Under the pieces are notes generated by a model, which worked only from the letters and a program-made list of their open reading frames with translations, was not told the DNA's origin and did no database searches. This document shows positions 1 through 14,236 of a stretch of DNA of 64,000 bases, piece by piece (positions within the stretch are counted from its first letter, which is position 1; each line of letters starts with the position of its first letter). This DNA is from Eledone cirrhosa (taxonomy: Eukaryota). The translations under genes and the position numbers were made by a program. The stretch is taken from contig OZ024742.1 of NCBI GenBank assembly GCA_964016885.1, positions 9,362,001-9,426,000 on the forward strand, given 5' to 3'.

Positions 1-160
1 TGAAAGCTTAGAAAAGTGTCTACAAATTGACATTCAAGCATGCTTTCCTCTGAGAAGATTAACAAAGTATTAGGTATTCTGTCCAGCGGCTGGCGATGTC
101 ACTCACATACTTTATTACCAAGTTTTATTGTATCTCTACTATAGACTTTTCAGCTATACA

Positions 161-161
<1 letters not shown>

Positions 162-207
<46 letters not shown>

Positions 208-400
208 ATGTATGTATTTATATATATATATATATACATATGTGCGTGTGTGTGTGTGTGTAAGAGTTTAGATAGGTTGGTACGAAAGTATGTATGTATA
301 TGCATGTATATATATATATATGTGTGTGTGTGAGTACGTATGTCTTTATGATAATCTGTGTGTATAGATGTATGCATGCACTTATGTATGTAGGATAATT

Positions 401-444
<44 letters not shown>

Positions 445-520
445 GCGTGTCTGTATGTAGTATTTGGATAGTTAGGTAGGAATGATGTGTGTATATATTC
501 TCATACGCACGCATATATGC
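162..520. repeat. Compound (TA)n/(TG)n/(TATG)n microsatellite region
   Basis: Runs of tatata, tgtgtg and tatg read directly; the ORFs here are repeat translations. Confidence 0.95.
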
Positions 521-881
521 AAGATTGGATGTGTGTATAAATTGATATACGTACGTACGTATGTAGGAAGAAATGCTTGTATATCTTTATATACGTACTT
601 ATGTATTTATGATATTCTGTGAGATATGAAGCCAATTCCTTAATAGCTATTCGCTTGATTCATTTTGTAATAATCTACGATTTTTCTATATAAATATATA
701 AAGTATTTTGGATTTCTCCTTCCCTGGGTATCGCCATAAAATAATGAATACTGTGAAACAACAGCAGCATACTACACGTGAAGCATGGTCTGTCGCAAGA
801 TATCCTAACATATGCCATTAATAAACTTGATAAATTACATCATCTTTACATCGAAACAAATAAATTACAGTCCCAATATGA

Positions 882-882
<1 letters not shown>

Positions 883-920
<38 letters not shown>

Positions 921-957
921 TATATATAATATACACGAGAGGGTTGTATGTAGGTTT

Positions 958-1016
<59 letters not shown>

Positions 1017-1017
1017 C

Positions 1018-1049
<32 letters not shown>

Positions 1050-1073
1050 ACAAGTATGTATATATAAATATGC

Positions 1074-1149
<76 letters not shown>

Positions 1150-1160
1150 ATATATATATA
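883..1160. repeat. Compound (CA)n/(TA)n/(TG)n microsatellite
   Basis: Read directly from the sequence. Confidence 0.95.
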
Positions 1161-1386
1161 TTTCTATGCACATATAAGACATATATTTATGTATTTATGT
1201 ATAATGCAAAACCAAAGAGAGAAAAACAAATGTAAAAACCTATGTCTTCGATATAATTTATGACGAAGCTCCCATGGGAATAGAACATTTAGAGTTATCA
1301 AAGTAGAAGTCATTTTCTGAAAAATGATGGAATGTTTCACAGATAAAATTGTTGGGAAATACAACAGATAAACGTTGGAAGATGCT

Positions 1387-1712
1387 ATATCATCATGATT
1401 ATAATCATCATCAGCATCATCATCAACATGATTATGATTATAATCATCATTATCATCAGGTTTATCATCATTAGTACCAAAATAATCATTATTATAATCA
1501 TCATCATCAACCTCATTATCCTCATTAATATTGTTGTCGTTGTCCTCTTCTTCTTCTTCTTCTTCTTCTTCTTCTTTTTCTTCTTCTTCTTCTTCTTCTT
1601 CTTCATCACAACTACCACCACCACCGTCATCATCCTCACCACCACCACCACCACCACACCAACACCACCATCACCATCACCACCACCGTCGTCATCATCA
1701 TCATCATCATCC
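1387..1712. repeat. Compound trinucleotide repeat (ATC)n-(TTC)n-(ACC)n
   Basis: Read directly from the sequence. Confidence 0.95.
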
Positions 1713-2002
1713 TAGCTGTAGTCGCCCTCATCAGTATTTCTACTGTTATTGTCGTTTGGTTCTTATTTCCATTATTTTGGTGTTTGACATCATTTTAACG
1801 TCAGCTGAAATTGTTACGGCATCCCCGCCCCCCCTATTTTATATCTGGTTTCAACCCCGACCCACCCCGAGAGGCAAATGTTAATTTTTATCTTTCCATT
1901 ATCGAGGAAATAAAGTACCATCAAGTGCAGGGTTCATTGCCTCTGCCTGTTACTCATCTCCCCAAATTACTGGACTTGCGCTGAAATTATATACAATTAT
2001 GA

Positions 2003-2320
2003 AGAATGGCTCTGTGGTTAGAGCATCTGGCTAGCAATGGCAAGGTTGTCATTTCCATTCTCCGACCGAATGATGCGGTATGTCCTTGAGAAAGCCACTT
2101 TATTTCACGTTGCCCCAGTTTACTTAGCTTTTGAAATGAGCTTTTTGGCTTTCCCTTAGACAACATCGGTGGTATGGAGAGCCTTGTGGACGGGGTGTTT
2201 GACTTCCGATCATAGTGTCATGGGTTTCATTCCTGAGCTGGGCTGTGTGTTGTATCCTTGAGCAAAACACTTCATTGCACGTTGCCCCAGTTTACTCAGC
2301 TGAAAATGAACAGTAGCTGG
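2003..2320 (+). mobile_element. Two adjacent diverged tRNA-derived SINE copies with a CORE-like segment
   Basis: tRNA-like head (tggctctgtggttagagcatctggct). Both copies carry t(g/a)tccttgag..aa..cactt..tt.cacgttgccccagtttact.agct (~2081-2130 and ~2253-2301). A third copy lies at 12373-12455. Confidence 0.6.
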
Positions 2321-2556
2321 GGCTTTAAACCTGCAATGGTTATTTGTTAATTTCTTCTTCAGTTTTGTTTCCATTTGGTATATATAATGTTTCTATGAAT
2401 ATCTTATATATCACATAAATATAAACATCTTATATATAATATATACTGTATATATCATTTTACTATGAATATCTTGTATATAAAATATATCACTTAAATA
2501 TGAAATCATATATATATATATATATATTTATTAAAATAACAGATTAAAGTTTAAGC

Positions 2557-2587
<31 letters not shown>

Positions 2588-4227
2588 CATATATATATCA
2601 GGCCTGTTTAACTCTCTCCGTTGGATAGAGAGATATCTCACCCTTTTGGGGTGGGTGAGAGATGTCTACTCTTCTGATAATAGGTATAGCTTCCATTATG
2701 TAAAATCTCCCCATTTTGCCTCATTTTCCCCTGTGTTTTTCATGGTACTCTTCGCTTGGGTTTCTAGAGGTTGGCAGGTTGCTATATAATGTATGATATA
2801 TCTTTACTAAGAATATCATATATCATATATATAATATATGATATATCTTTACTAAGAATATCATATATATAATATAAGATATATATTTACTATGAACATC
2901 ATATATATAATATATGATATATCTTTGTTATGAAAACCTTATAAACATTTATTACGAGCACCATATGATATCAGTCTATACGACATCCCTTAACTATAAA
3001 CATCACATGTAATATAAGCTATCACCTAATTATGGACATCATAGCGATCTGGACTTTCCTAATTTCATTCATATCTTATCCTTTCTCTATAAGCATGAGA
3101 TCTTGGTAGGCGGTGTGGATCCTTGCTGTGATAGGATAATCATTTAAGTTTATCTCACTGGGGTTCGAACTCGTAGTAGACAGAACCAGAACAAATAACT
3201 AAATTCATATTATCCGACGCCATGATGAATGTCAATTCGCCGCCTTTGTGAAACAATATGGTATATAATATGGAATATTGATATATAGTGTTTTACTTGT
3301 CAAACAACTCTATGTAGCTGGTAAATTACCACGTATAGATAAAATAGCACATTTTAAAAAACATAGCTGGAAGAAATATGATGTATGTAGCTAATTTGAA
3401 AGAGAAAGACAGATAAATTGTGTATGGGTGTGTGGTGGAGAAGAGGAAGAGAGAGTGAGATGAAGAAGGGGAAGAGAAAGTTAGGGAGAAAGAGAGAGAA
3501 AGCGAGGTATTGGCTGTCATAATGTAAACAACAATACACTCACCAAGCAAATGGCAGATGAAGTGTTCGGATCACGTTGGTGGGACTGTTTTGAGATGTT
3601 TTGGTCTTAAAATTGTGTTTAGTATGTCTATTATATTCTTACAAATTGGCAGAATCGTTAGAAAGCCTGACACAATGTCTTCCATCAATTGATACTGATC
3701 TTTGGATCATGAGTTCAAACCCCGGGATAACCTACTTGGGTGGTATACTTAATCAATCACATTGCTGGTCATCCCATCTGACCCATCAGAAAGCATTATT
3801 GGTGTTAAAAAACAAATCGATAGCTGAAGAAACAATAGTGACATACATATTTCATTAATAATGCAGGATACATAGAGAAATTGTTCTTACTATAGATAAG
3901 AGGGACGTCTCTTCATACACATACTGTAATAATATTTTACTGAAGGCTCAAGAAACATTGTATTGCAAAAGTGTGTTGCCTCACACTGTTAGCAATGACC
4001 TCTATTGGACGTGGCTGGAAAATAAAACTGATGCAATAATTTACAATAAAATACAGAATAGAATTATTGTAGCATGACGAACCAACCAGTCAGCTGGACA
4101 TTCCTTGAAAATACTATTATAGAAAACCAATAGCAGATATTAGAGACTATTTTTGCTATTATAGATATTGTAAATATGACAGTGAGATTTGTAACTACTA
4201 TTTTCTACATCTGAGAGTAATAACATA

Positions 4228-4244
4228 GTGTGGTAGCAGTAGTA

Positions 4245-4325
<81 letters not shown>

Positions 4326-4340
4326 TTGGTGATGGTGGTG

Positions 4341-4401
<61 letters not shown>
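4228..4401. repeat. (GTA)n/(GTG)n microsatellite
   Basis: Read directly from the sequence. Confidence 0.95.
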
Positions 4402-4706
4402 AAGTGATATTATAGAAAGATAGAAAAATAGTATATCATTCGATCTTTCATATATATTATATTGTATGTAAATAAAAATGAGATTTTACTGTTTAAATTT
4501 TATTCTTCTGGGCCTAAAAACTGAAACTAGCTTCGATGTATTTCTGCAATCCCTGCACAGCCACTTTACAATTATGTGGAGTTATACGTGAAAAGCAGAC
4601 AACACTTTTAAATCTAAAACATGATATAATAGAATAAAGTACAAACATAGATATTATGGCAGGTAAATATTGGTGAAGATGGTTTTATTTTCATATGTTG
4701 TTATAT

Positions 4707-4801
<95 letters not shown>

Positions 4802-5231
4802 TGACTTCATAATATGTTAGCAAAATATTTTGAAAAAACCTATTTGACGAGTCAAGCTAAATTCCAGACGAAACAATAACAGAGACAGATCAGAAAATAA
4901 AAATTTATGTCTATTCAAAAAAAAAAAAAAAAATAATAATAACAATAATAACAATAATAATAATGGTAATAATAATAATAATAATCATAAAAGTAAAAAT
5001 AAACAAAAAACTAAATATATAAAGCAGCAACCCTTCAAGTACAAATTGCACAAACTATGGAATGGGGGAAAAGAAAGCATTATGAAAAAGAGATTAGGTT
5101 TTAGAATGACACTAAATAATAAATCATAAATAGAAATATGTATTTTAAGTATTTTAAGAGCTGCAATATTGAATTAGGGACTTCATAACAAAACAGCGAT
5201 ATATTGTCATCCCAGCGGCAATGGTGATATG

Positions 5232-8200
5232 GCTGTAGATGTAGCTATATTTACTGCTGTACATGTAGGAACAATCTATAGCTGTAGATGTAGCTATCTT
5301 TAGTGTACATGTAAGAACAACATGTAACAGTAGATGTAGCTATCTTTACTGGACATGTAGGAACAATATGTAGCTGTAGTTATCTTTACTGGACATGTAG
5401 GAACAACATATAGCTGTAGCTATCATTACTGTACATGTAGGAACATTATATAGCTGTAGCTATCTTTACTGGACATGCAGGAACAATATATAGATGTAAC
5501 TATCTTTACTGGACATGTAGGAACAATATGTAGCTGTAGTTATCTTTACTGGACATGTAGGAACAATATATAGCTGTAGTTATCTTTACTGTACATATAG
5601 GAACACTATAGAGCTGTAGTTATCTTTACTGGACATGTAGGAACAATATATAGCTGTAGCTATCTTTACTGGACATGTAGGAACAATATATAGATGTAGC
5701 TATCTTTACTGTACATGTAGGAACACTATATAGCTGTAGTTATCTTTACTGTACATGTAGGAAAAATATATAGCTGTAGTTATCTTTATTGTACATGTAG
5801 GAACACTATATAGCTGTAGCTATCTTTACTGTACATGTAGGAACACTATATAGCTGTAGTTATATTTACTGTACATGTAGGAACAATATATAGCTGTAGT
5901 TATCTTTACTGTACATGTAGGAACACTATAGAGCTGTAGTTATCTTTACTGTACATGTAGGAACACTATATAGCTGTAGTTATCTTTACTGTACATGTAG
6001 GAACATTATATAGCTGTAGCTATCTTTACTGGACATGTAGGAACACTATATAGCTGTAGTTATATTTACTGTACATGTAGGAACAATATATAGCTGTAGT
6101 TATCTTTACTGTACATGTAGGAACACTATAGAGCTGTAGTTATCTTTACTGTACATGTAGGAACACTATATAGATGTAGTTATCTTTACTGTACATGTAG
6201 GAACATTATATAGCTGTAGTTATCTTTACTGGACATGTAGGAACAATATATAGCTGTAGTTATCTTTACTGTACATGTAGGAACACTATAGAGCTGTAGT
6301 TATCTTTACTGTACATGTAGGAACACTATATAGATGTAGTTATCTTTACTGTACATGTAGGAACATTATATAGCTGTAGTTATCTTTACTGGACATGTAG
6401 GAACAATATATAGCTGTAGTTATATTTACTGTACATGTAGGAACACTATATAGCTGTAGTTATCTTTACTGTACATGTAGGAACATTATATAGCTGTAGT
6501 TATCTTTACTGTACATCTAGGAACACTATAGAGCTGTAGTTATCTTTACTGGACATGTAGGAACACTATAGAGCTGTAGTTATCTTTACTGGACATGTAG
6601 GAACATTATATAGCTGTAGTTATCTTTACTGGACATGTAGGAACAATATGGAGCTGTAGTTATCTTTACTGTACATGTAGGAACACTATATAGCTGTAGC
6701 TATCTTTAGTGTACATGTTTGAACAATATATAGCTGTAGTTATTTTACTGTACATGTAGGAACACTATAGAGCTGTAGTTATCTTTACTGTACATGTAGG
6801 AACACTATATAGCTGTAGTTATATTTACTGTACATGTAGGAATAATATATAGCTTTAGTTATCTTTACTGAACATGTAGGAACAATATGTAGCTGTAGCT
6901 AACTTTACTGTACATGTAGGAAAAATATATAGATGTAGCTATCTTTACTGGACATGTAGGAACACTATATAGCTTTAGTTAACTTTACTGGACATGTAGG
7001 AACACTATATAGCTGTAGTTATCTTTACTGGACATGTAGGAACACTATAGAGCTGTTGCTATCTTTACTGTACATGTACGAACACTATACAGCTGTAGTT
7101 ATCTTTACTGGACATGTAGGAACACTATATAGCTGTAGTTATCTTTACTGTTCATGTAGGAACACTATATAGCTGTAGTTATCTTTAATCTACATGTAGG
7201 AACACTATATAGCTGTAGTTATCTTTACTGGACATGTAGAAACAATATATAGCTGTAGTTATCTTTAATGTACATGTAGGAACACTATATAGCTCTAGTT
7301 ATCTTTACTGGACATGTAGGAACACTATATAGCTGTAGTTATCTTTACTGGACATGTAGGAATACTATATAGCTGTAGCTATCTTTACTGGACATGTAGG
7401 AATATTATATAGCTGTAGCTATCTTTACTGTGCATGTAGGAACAATATATAGATGTAGCTATCTTTACTGGACATGTAGGAACACTATATAGCTGTAGTT
7501 ATCGTTACTGGACATGTAGGAACAATATATAGTTGTAGTTATCTTTACTGTACATGTAGGAATAATATATAGCTGTAGCTATCTTTACTGTGCATGTAGG
7601 AACAATATATAGATGTAGTTATCGTTACTGGACATGTAGGAACAATATATAGCTGTAGTTATCTTTACTGTACATCTAGGAACACTATAGAGCTGTAGTT
7701 ATCTTTACTGTACATGTAGGAACACTATAGAGCTGTAGTTATCTTTACTGGACATGTAGGAACATTATATAGCTGTAGTTATCTTTACTGGACATGTAGG
7801 AACAATATGGAGCTGTAGTTATCTTTACTGTACATGTAGGAACACTATATAGCTGTAGCTATCTTTAGTGTACATGTTTGAACAATATATAGCTGTAAAT
7901 ATCTTTACTGGACATGTAGGAACAATATATAGCTGTAGCTATCTTTACACTACATGTAGGAATAATATATAGCTTTAGTTATCTTTACTGAACATGTAGG
8001 AACAATATATAGCTGTAGCTAACTTTACTGTACATGTAGGAAAAATATATAGATGTAGCTATCTTTACTGGACATGTAGGAACACTATATAGCTTTAGTT
8101 AACTTTACTGGACATGTAGGAACACTATATAGCTGTAGTTATCTTTACTGGACATGTAGGAACACTATAGAGCTGTTGCTATCTTTACTGTACATGTACG

Positions 8201-9211
8201 AACACTATACAGCTGTAGTTATCTTTACTGGACATGTATGAACACTATATAGCTGTAGTTATCTTTACTGTTCATGTAGGAACACTATATAGCTGTAGTT
8301 ATCTTTAATCTACATGTAGGAACACTATATAGCTGTAGTTATCTTTACTGGACATGTAGGAACAATATATAGCTGTAGTTATCTTTAATGTACATGTAGG
8401 AACACTATATAGCTCTAGTTATCTTTACTGGACATGTAGGAACACTATATAGCTGTAGTTATCTTTACTGAACATGTAGGAATACTATATAGCTGTAGCT
8501 ATCTTTACTGGACATGTAGGAATATTATATAGCTGTAGCTATCTTTACTGTGCATGTAGGAACAATATATAGATGTAGCTATCTTTACTGGACATGTAGG
8601 AACACTATATAGCTGTAGTTATCGTTACTGGACATGTAGGAACAATATATAGTTGTAGTTATCTTTACTGTACATGTAGGAATAATATATAGCTGTAGCT
8701 ATCTTTACTGTGCATGTAGGAACAATATATAGATGTAGTTATCGTTACTGGACATGTAGGAACAATATATAGCTGTAGTTATCTTTACTGGACATGTAGA
8801 AACAATATTTAGCTGTAGCTATCTTTACTGGACATGTAGAAACAATATGTAGCTGTAGCTATCTTTACTGGACATGTAGGAACACTATATAGTTTTAGTT
8901 AACTTTACTGGACACGTAGGAACACTATATAGCTGTAGCTATCTTTACTGGACATGTAGGAACACTATATAGCTGTAGTTATCTTTACTGGACATGTGGG
9001 AACAATATATAGCTGTAGTTATCTTTACTGGACATGTAGGAATAATATATAGCTTTAGTTATCTTTACTGCACATGTAGGAACACTATATAGCTGTAGTT
9101 ATTTTTACTGGACATGTAGGAACACTATGTTGCTGTAGTTATATTTACTGGACATGTAGGAACACTATATAGCTGTAGTTATCTTTACTGGACATGTAGG
9201 AACAATATGTA
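5232..9211. repeat. 40-bp tandem satellite, roughly 100 units, consensus GCTGTAGTTATCTTTACTG(G/T)ACATGTAGGAACA(C/A)TATATA
   Basis: The register repeats every 120 nt (3 units per 2 lines). Longer, degenerate units occur at the left edge. Confidence 0.98.
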
Positions 9212-9356
9212 GACACATTTTGAGAAGAAACAAAATATGAAAAACACTCAACGTCTCTTTATACACATTGAACATCTCCCGTGCTTTCATCAAATATACA
9301 CACATCTATCTCTCTCTCTCTCTCTCTCTCTCTCACCCCTCTCTCTCTCTATCTCT

Positions 9357-9433
<77 letters not shown>

Positions 9434-9437
<4 letters not shown>

Positions 9438-9725
9438 AAAGTTTTATTTAAAATTGTTGGGTTACAACAAGTAAATATTTTATAACTGATATAAAGCACT
9501 CAACAAGTTTTGGAGTAGATATACGATATTAAACAAATGGAAACTATATTTAGAAAACCATATTTATTTCATTATACATATTTCGGGGATACCATATTAT
9601 ATTTTATATTGTATTTTATCTGAAGAAGGCATGCCATATTTTTAATATGGTATCCCCGAAATATGTATAATGAAATAAATATGGTTTTATAAATATAGTT
9701 TTATAAATATAGTTTGTTTAATATC

Positions 9726-9730
<5 letters not shown>
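9434..9730 (+). mobile_element. Non-autonomous Penelope-type (pLTR-derived) element in (TA)n with internal inverted repeat
   Basis: Homologous to 13870-14180 and 47350-47857. Inverted repeat ~9519-9597/9647-9730. Contains a hammerhead motif and is flanked by (TA)n. Confidence 0.7.
9612..9677 (+). ncRNA. Minimal type I hammerhead ribozyme motif
   Basis: tattttat-CTGAAGA-stem II (atgccatatt/aatatggtat)-GAAA-tatgta-TA^-atgaaata; stem I is 8 bp. Confidence 0.75.
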
Positions 9731-9760
<30 letters not shown>

Positions 9761-9770
9761 ATCAAACCCA

Positions 9771-9858
9771 GGACACCGACGGCTGAGCTCCGGCCGTTTC
9801 GACAGCTAGATCCGAACTCTGAGTTCTGACCTAGCCGGAGCTCAGCCGTCGGTGTCCT
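9771..9858. repeat. GC-rich inverted repeat with ~24-bp arms; related partial copy at ~10011-10062
   Basis: ggacaccgacggctgagctccggc ... gccggagctcagccgtcggtgtcc. Confidence 0.85.
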
Positions 9859-9948
9859 GACTCTTTTCCTATTACCCACTCTATCTCCCAAAGTATCGAG
9901 TACTCTGGTGCGTTATGGTCCACCTGGTTCCTTACCACAACTCCTTCG

Positions 9949-10001
<53 letters not shown>

Positions 10002-11199
10002 AGGAAAAGTGTCAGGATCCCAACGGCGGACCACCGGCCGTTTCGACACCAAGATCCGAACTAACACAGCAGTATTAGGACGGCAGGGACCTAGCTGAAC
10101 TTATCAAGGGGTACAGTCCATATATGGGCATGCAGTCAAAACAAAAAAAAGGAGAAGTATCAAATCAAACAATGCTAAGTATTTGTTGTTTTTCTTGTCT
10201 GTCACGGGGAGAGGTCAATGATTTGGGGATGTCATGTTCATGGTTAAATTCCTTCATAGCGACTGGGTGGAATGGTGAACTGGCCTGTAGAGTAAAGGGG
10301 AGGTAGTAAGATGATATTCCGACCTGTGGGTGCCAAGTCGGTCAGGCGTTTAGAGAGAAAATCTTTACAACTATCTCTAATGTGGGTAAGAAAGTAAATT
10401 CAGTATATGGGAATTAAGGAAGGTTGTTAGAGTGAAAGTATGTCAAGTGTAACACTTAGCAAGAGACAAGCAACAAGTTGATAAAGTAACTTGAGGGAAA
10501 AACCATGCTGAATCAATAAACAGACTCATTAAATGCTTAATGAACACAACCACAAGGATATTGCCCGAACGTGGAAGAGCCGAACAGTCACTGTCACCGC
10601 CTCCATCTCTCTCGCCCTCCCCACCTCTCCCTATGGTGAGCAGATGGGGTCCCACGTTCTGGGAGATGAGCAAAGCATATAGATATAAATACTAATTAAA
10701 TTCCTAATAAATAAAATTTAGTTATCAGTTACTCTAATGCACAGGGAGAGCACCGCAATACAGTAATTTCCTAATATTTTCTTTTATAATGATACACCCC
10801 AAAAACCATGGTTATGTTGTTCGGCCGCTCCTATGTATATTTAACAAGAGTGAAAATATTCCGGATTAACCTAAGGAAGAATAGAAACCGATTATAATAG
10901 TGTAGATATGCAAAGATCCACCTAAGTGTAATTAGAGTGTGTAACTAATGAAGAAAAAAAAATTCTGCTTCTACCTAAGTATGCTTGGGGTTTCCTTTAT
11001 CTTAGATTGTAAATAGGAAAGAGATACAGCCGAGGTCTACCCACCTGGATGATGAGGGGGTTTGAAGGTGCGATATGCCCTATGTATTCTGTGTTTACAC
11101 GAGGGAACAAGTTCATCCTTTTTGTTTAAGAATTGTTCCTTACCACACTTTCTTTGTTTTATATATTGCCAAATATACTATACATACATTCATATATAT

Positions 11200-11570
11200 A
11201 TATTAATAAAAGGAATTACAACTTTGTCTGATTTACTCGTTTTATTTACAATCCTTTAAAATTATAATGGTATTATAATAAAATAGTATGGAAGAATATT
11301 AAATGTTAAGTGTTAATTGAACAAGTACTTTCATGCTTTCACAATACTGTGGTGTCAGTCAAGTTTGCAATGTTCAACTGTGCAGTTGGAAATTGCAAAC
11401 TTGACTGTCACCACAGAATATGAACCTGGAGATTGCGAAACCATGAAAGTACTTGTCCAATTAACATTTAATATTCTACCATACTATTTCATGATAATAT
11501 CATTACAATTTTAAAGGATTGTAAATAAAACAAGTAAATCAGACAAAGTTGGAATTCCTTTTATTAATAC
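11200..11570. mobile_element. Long imperfect palindrome (foldback/MITE-like element)
   Basis: Outer arms tattaataaaaggaattacaactttgtctgatttact / agtaaatcagacaaagttggaattccttttattaata; inner arms ctgtggtgtcagtcaagtttgcaat / attgcaaacttgactgtcaccacag. The right arm recurs at ~56800-57110. Confidence 0.8.
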
Positions 11571-11968
11571 AATTTTCTATACACAATCATACACACCCGT
11601 ATATATTTATTTATATATATGTATGTGTGTGTGTGTGTGTGTATTTATAGTTGTATGTTGTATGTACACCCCTGTTTTCGTCGAAAGACACACATACATT
11701 TTGCTGACCATATTTCGTTGTGATATTGTCTCATATACATTATATCACTAGGACTGTTGTCTACTCTGTTACGTTACAAGAGCAATTCCCACTTCATTGC
11801 ACAAAGTTGCACCGCAGTATATGACTGAAGAGGCAGAGATACAGCTTGTCCACAAACATATACTGAGCTCGTTTGTTTTTTTCTTTCTATGGAGGTATTT
11901 AGCTTGAATGTATGATGTAGTCATATTTTACAGTGTTTAGGGAGGAGGGCTTATCAATGTCTTTTCAA

Positions 11969-12163
11969 GTGGCAGTATTGGTAGAGGGTCGGACGCCATG
12001 CTTTGGCGCATAGAGTTACGGCCCTTTCCATTCTGAGTTCAAATCTCGCCGAGGTTAGCTTTGCATTTCATCCTTACGGGGTCGATAAAATAAAGTACCA
12101 GTAATGCACTGGTTAATTGCGCCAAATTAACTGGGGCCCTGTGCCAAAAGTAGAAACACTTAT
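11969..12163 (+). mobile_element. tRNA-derived SINE (common family in this window)
   Basis: A-box-like tggcagtattgg, B-box gagttcaaatc, core ctttgc.tttcatccttacggggtcgataaaataaagtacc, tail ccctgtgccaaaagtagaaac. Confidence 0.85.
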
Positions 12164-12311
12164 ATAAAGTACAAGTCCAGTACTGTGGCCGATGCTCACA
12201 CAATGTTTCGCTGGAAGAAACCGTCTTAAAGGGCTCCGTCATGCTGGTGTTACCAAAGGGCACACACTATGACAATACAATTACAGTCCCATTGGGAACT
12301 CAGGGTCCATG

Positions 12312-12372
<61 letters not shown>

Positions 12373-12455
12373 CGTGAGGTTGTGAGTTCGATTCCTGGAC
12401 AGGACGATGTGTTATGTCCTTGAGACAGACACTTTATTTCATGTTGCCCCTACTA
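12373..12455 (+). mobile_element. CORE-like SINE fragment
   Basis: gagttcgattcc B-box followed by gtccttgagacagacactttatttcatgttgcccc, matching 2081-2116. Confidence 0.55.
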
Positions 12456-12549
12456 CCTGGAGTTGCAACCCATAGATAGTATTAGTAACTGGAAGGACCA
12501 ACGGAAATATTGTTTCCTCGGTCCGATTTGACGAAAGTCGATCAACTCC

Positions 12550-12568
12550 TATATATAAATATATATTA

Positions 12569-12652
<84 letters not shown>

Positions 12653-12656
12653 TATA

Positions 12657-12710
<54 letters not shown>

Positions 12711-12714
12711 TATA

Positions 12715-12764
<50 letters not shown>

Positions 12765-12768
12765 TATA

Positions 12769-12800
<32 letters not shown>
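12550..12800. repeat. Interrupted (TA)n array
   Basis: (TA)n with periodic TAA/TAAA interruptions. Confidence 0.95.
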
Positions 12801-12944
12801 GTAGATAAATCTACCAAGAGTTTACGGTAGTGTCCAATCCGTATGAAGAACTCAATGTATTCCGGATATCATGGAAAGAAGAGATGTAATGAAAAATCAC
12901 TTTCGGTGAAAGATAAACGGTATACAGAGTCAAGATAAAATATA

Positions 12945-13092
12945 ATTATTTCTGAAGACGGCGTATATATGTGTTGGTATGTATATTTAATCTTGATAGT
13001 TTGTATAATTTTGTATAATTTTGTACATAGATCTGTTGAATATGCATGCCAATTCTAACACATATATATCCTAGAAACGATCGTTAAATAAT
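12945..13092 (+). ncRNA. Type I hammerhead ribozyme motif with extended stem II
   Basis: attattt-CTGAAGA-long stem II (tatatatgtgttgg/ctaacacatatata)-GAA-ACGATCGT (palindromic stem III)-T^-aaataat; the segment lies between two (TA)n arrays. Confidence 0.75.
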
Positions 13093-13149
13093 GAACTTTT
13101 TTTGTTTAATATAAGGAACTGTTTCATTGTTTTATTCATTATTTGTTTA

Positions 13150-13708
<559 letters not shown>

Positions 13709-13802
13709 TATTGTTATACTTTGGGAGGGTCATGCTGCCAATAACATGATTTCAGATAAAGAATCTTGCTAAACAAATTCAGAAACGAAATATATAAATA
13801 TA

Positions 13803-13869
<67 letters not shown>

Positions 13870-13872
<3 letters not shown>

Positions 13873-14177
13873 AAAGTTCTATTTAAATTGTTGGGATACA
13901 ACAAGCAAATATTTTTATAACTGATATAAAGCACTCAAGAAGTATTTGGAGTAAACATATCCAATACTAATAATAATATAAGTAAACAACTCCACTATCC
14001 GGGAGCTTCCAACAGTAATGGTTGCATCTTTTAAGGGTATGTCAATATTTCTTTATAAAACTGATCTATATTATATTTTGTCTGATGAAAGCACACCATA
14101 ATTTAACTTGGTGTCCTTGAAATATGTATCATGAAATAAATATGGTTTTATAAATATAGTTTACATTTGTTAATATC

Positions 14178-14180
<3 letters not shown>
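13870..14180 (+). mobile_element. Non-autonomous Penelope-type (pLTR-derived) element in (TA)n
   Basis: Starts gcaaaagttctatttaaattgttgggatacaac like 9434 and ends ttaatatcgtata like 9730; contains a hammerhead motif. Confidence 0.7.
14074..14138 (+). ncRNA. Minimal type I hammerhead ribozyme motif
   Basis: tattttgt-CTGATGA-aagcacacca/tggtgtcctt-GAAA-tatgta-TC^-atgaaata. Confidence 0.75.

Positions 14181-14234
<54 letters not shown>

Positions 14235-14236
<2 letters not shown>

Noticed and set aside
150-1884. ORFs rich in YI, HT, CV or poly-amino-acid runs (also throughout the window)
   Set aside because: They are translations of microsatellites that lack stop codons in some frames; there is no domain content.
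4843-4875. Hammerhead-like TTGACGA-gtc...gac-GAAAC
   Set aside because: The core C is mutated and I cannot form stem I or III convincingly.
5232-9211. CRISPR-like regular array
   Set aside because: The units are contiguous 40-mers with no unique spacers, there are no cas genes, and the context is eukaryotic.
11969-12060. tRNA genes at the A/B-box-like motifs
   Set aside because: There is no cloverleaf; these are SINE heads followed by a shared core and tail.
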